A stretch of DNA of 63,527 nt, counting the filler, from Octopus bimaculoides (taxonomy: Eukaryota): assembly GCF_001194135.2 (NCBI RefSeq). It is 4 parts of 4 records of this genome, joined end to end, with 100 filler letters (N's around TTAATTAATTAA, not from the genome) between each part and the next. Parts side by side here need not be neighbours in the genome. Positions count along the whole stretch, not along the records: positions 61,745 to 63,527 come from NW_026408739.1; 3 more parts are not named here. One strand, given 5' to 3'. This document shows, in pieces, positions 62,941-63,527 of the stretch. The translations under genes and the position numbers were made by a program. Each line of letters starts with the position of its first letter. Positions within the stretch are counted from its first letter, which is position 1. The notes beneath the pieces are model-generated. The model saw nothing but the letters and a program-made list of their open reading frames with translations. It was not told the DNA's origin and ran no database searches.

Positions 62941-63044
62941 AATAGGGGTCGGGGTGCAGTAAACTGTGGTTGGGGTAGTGTCGGTGCTAGGAGCCATGAT
63001 TGTTTGGAGTACTACTGATGGGACGTAGCGACAGGCGAGCAAAC
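62941..63044 (-). CDS. Candidate exon (LLACRYVPSVVLQTIMAPSTDTTPTTVYCTPTPI), phase 1-0
   Basis: ccgtttgtctgtccag| acceptor, att|gtatgc donor; phase matches 62121-62200. Confidence 0.45.
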
Positions 63045-63344
63045 CTGGACAGACAAACGGATGGTCAGACCAACATCAGGCAAACAAATACGTATAAATA
63101 AACAGCAAACATCATCATAAACAACAACAACTACAACAACAACAACAACAACAGCAACAAAAGTAATAATAACAGCTACAGTAAGCAGTCGAACAAACAA
63201 CATTTGATGCCAAACTAGTTGAGAAAGAGGGCGAAAATGGAAGAGAAGAGACAGGCAGAAAAAGAGTGAGGAGAGAGATGTATATATACATACATGTATA
63301 TATATATTTATGTGTGTATATACTAGGAGTGGCTGTGTGGCGTG

Positions 63345-63507
63345 GCATAGGAGTGGCTGTGTGATAAGTAGCTTGCTTACCAACCACATGGTTCCAGGTT
63401 CAGTCCCACTGCGTGGCACCTTGGCCAAGTGTCTTCTACTATAGCCTCGGCCCGACCAAAGCCTTGTGAGTGGATTTGGTAGACGAAAACTGAAAGAAGC
63501 TCGTCGT
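63345..63507 (+). mobile_element. SINE family B head and body
   Basis: gtggctgtgtgataagtagcttgcttaccaaccacatggttccaggttcagtccc...gaaactgaaagaagc. Confidence 0.85.
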
Positions 63508-63527
63508 ATATATATATATATATATAT

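Noticed and set aside
9740-63428. Dozens of ORFs rich in YI, CV, HT, poly-Q, poly-H or poly-I, including the 330-aa ORF at 61785-62777
   Set aside because: They are translations of (TA)n, (CA)n and trinucleotide microsatellites or N runs.

Overview
AT-rich, microsatellite-dense eukaryotic draft scaffold with many N gaps. The dominant tRNA-headed SINE families look like those of octopus genomes (pattern recognition, not a database hit). Most entries in the ORF track are translations of simple repeats. The recognisable content is: (i) many retroelement remnants, namely an L1/Tx1-type LINE with its 5' end, RTE LINEs, two Penelope-like elements (PLEs) each with a hammerhead-ribozyme motif, three R4/Dong-type restriction-endonuclease LINE ends embedded in (TAA)n tracts, and four SINE families; (ii) DNA-transposon remnants (mariner, piggyBac-like MITE, other MITEs, a probable non-autonomous Helentron); (iii) a multi-exon minus-strand protein-coding gene that the ORF track misses, with four phase-consistent exons at 34.4-36.5 kb and further candidates down to about 24 kb, whose product I do not recognise; (iv) a CpG-rich promoter-like island at 41-44.8 kb with a ~200-bp-period array of a conserved hairpin motif; (v) several long hairpins and foldbacks. 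No rRNA, true tRNA or CRISPR array is supported. Exon calls are by eye and need transcript confirmation.
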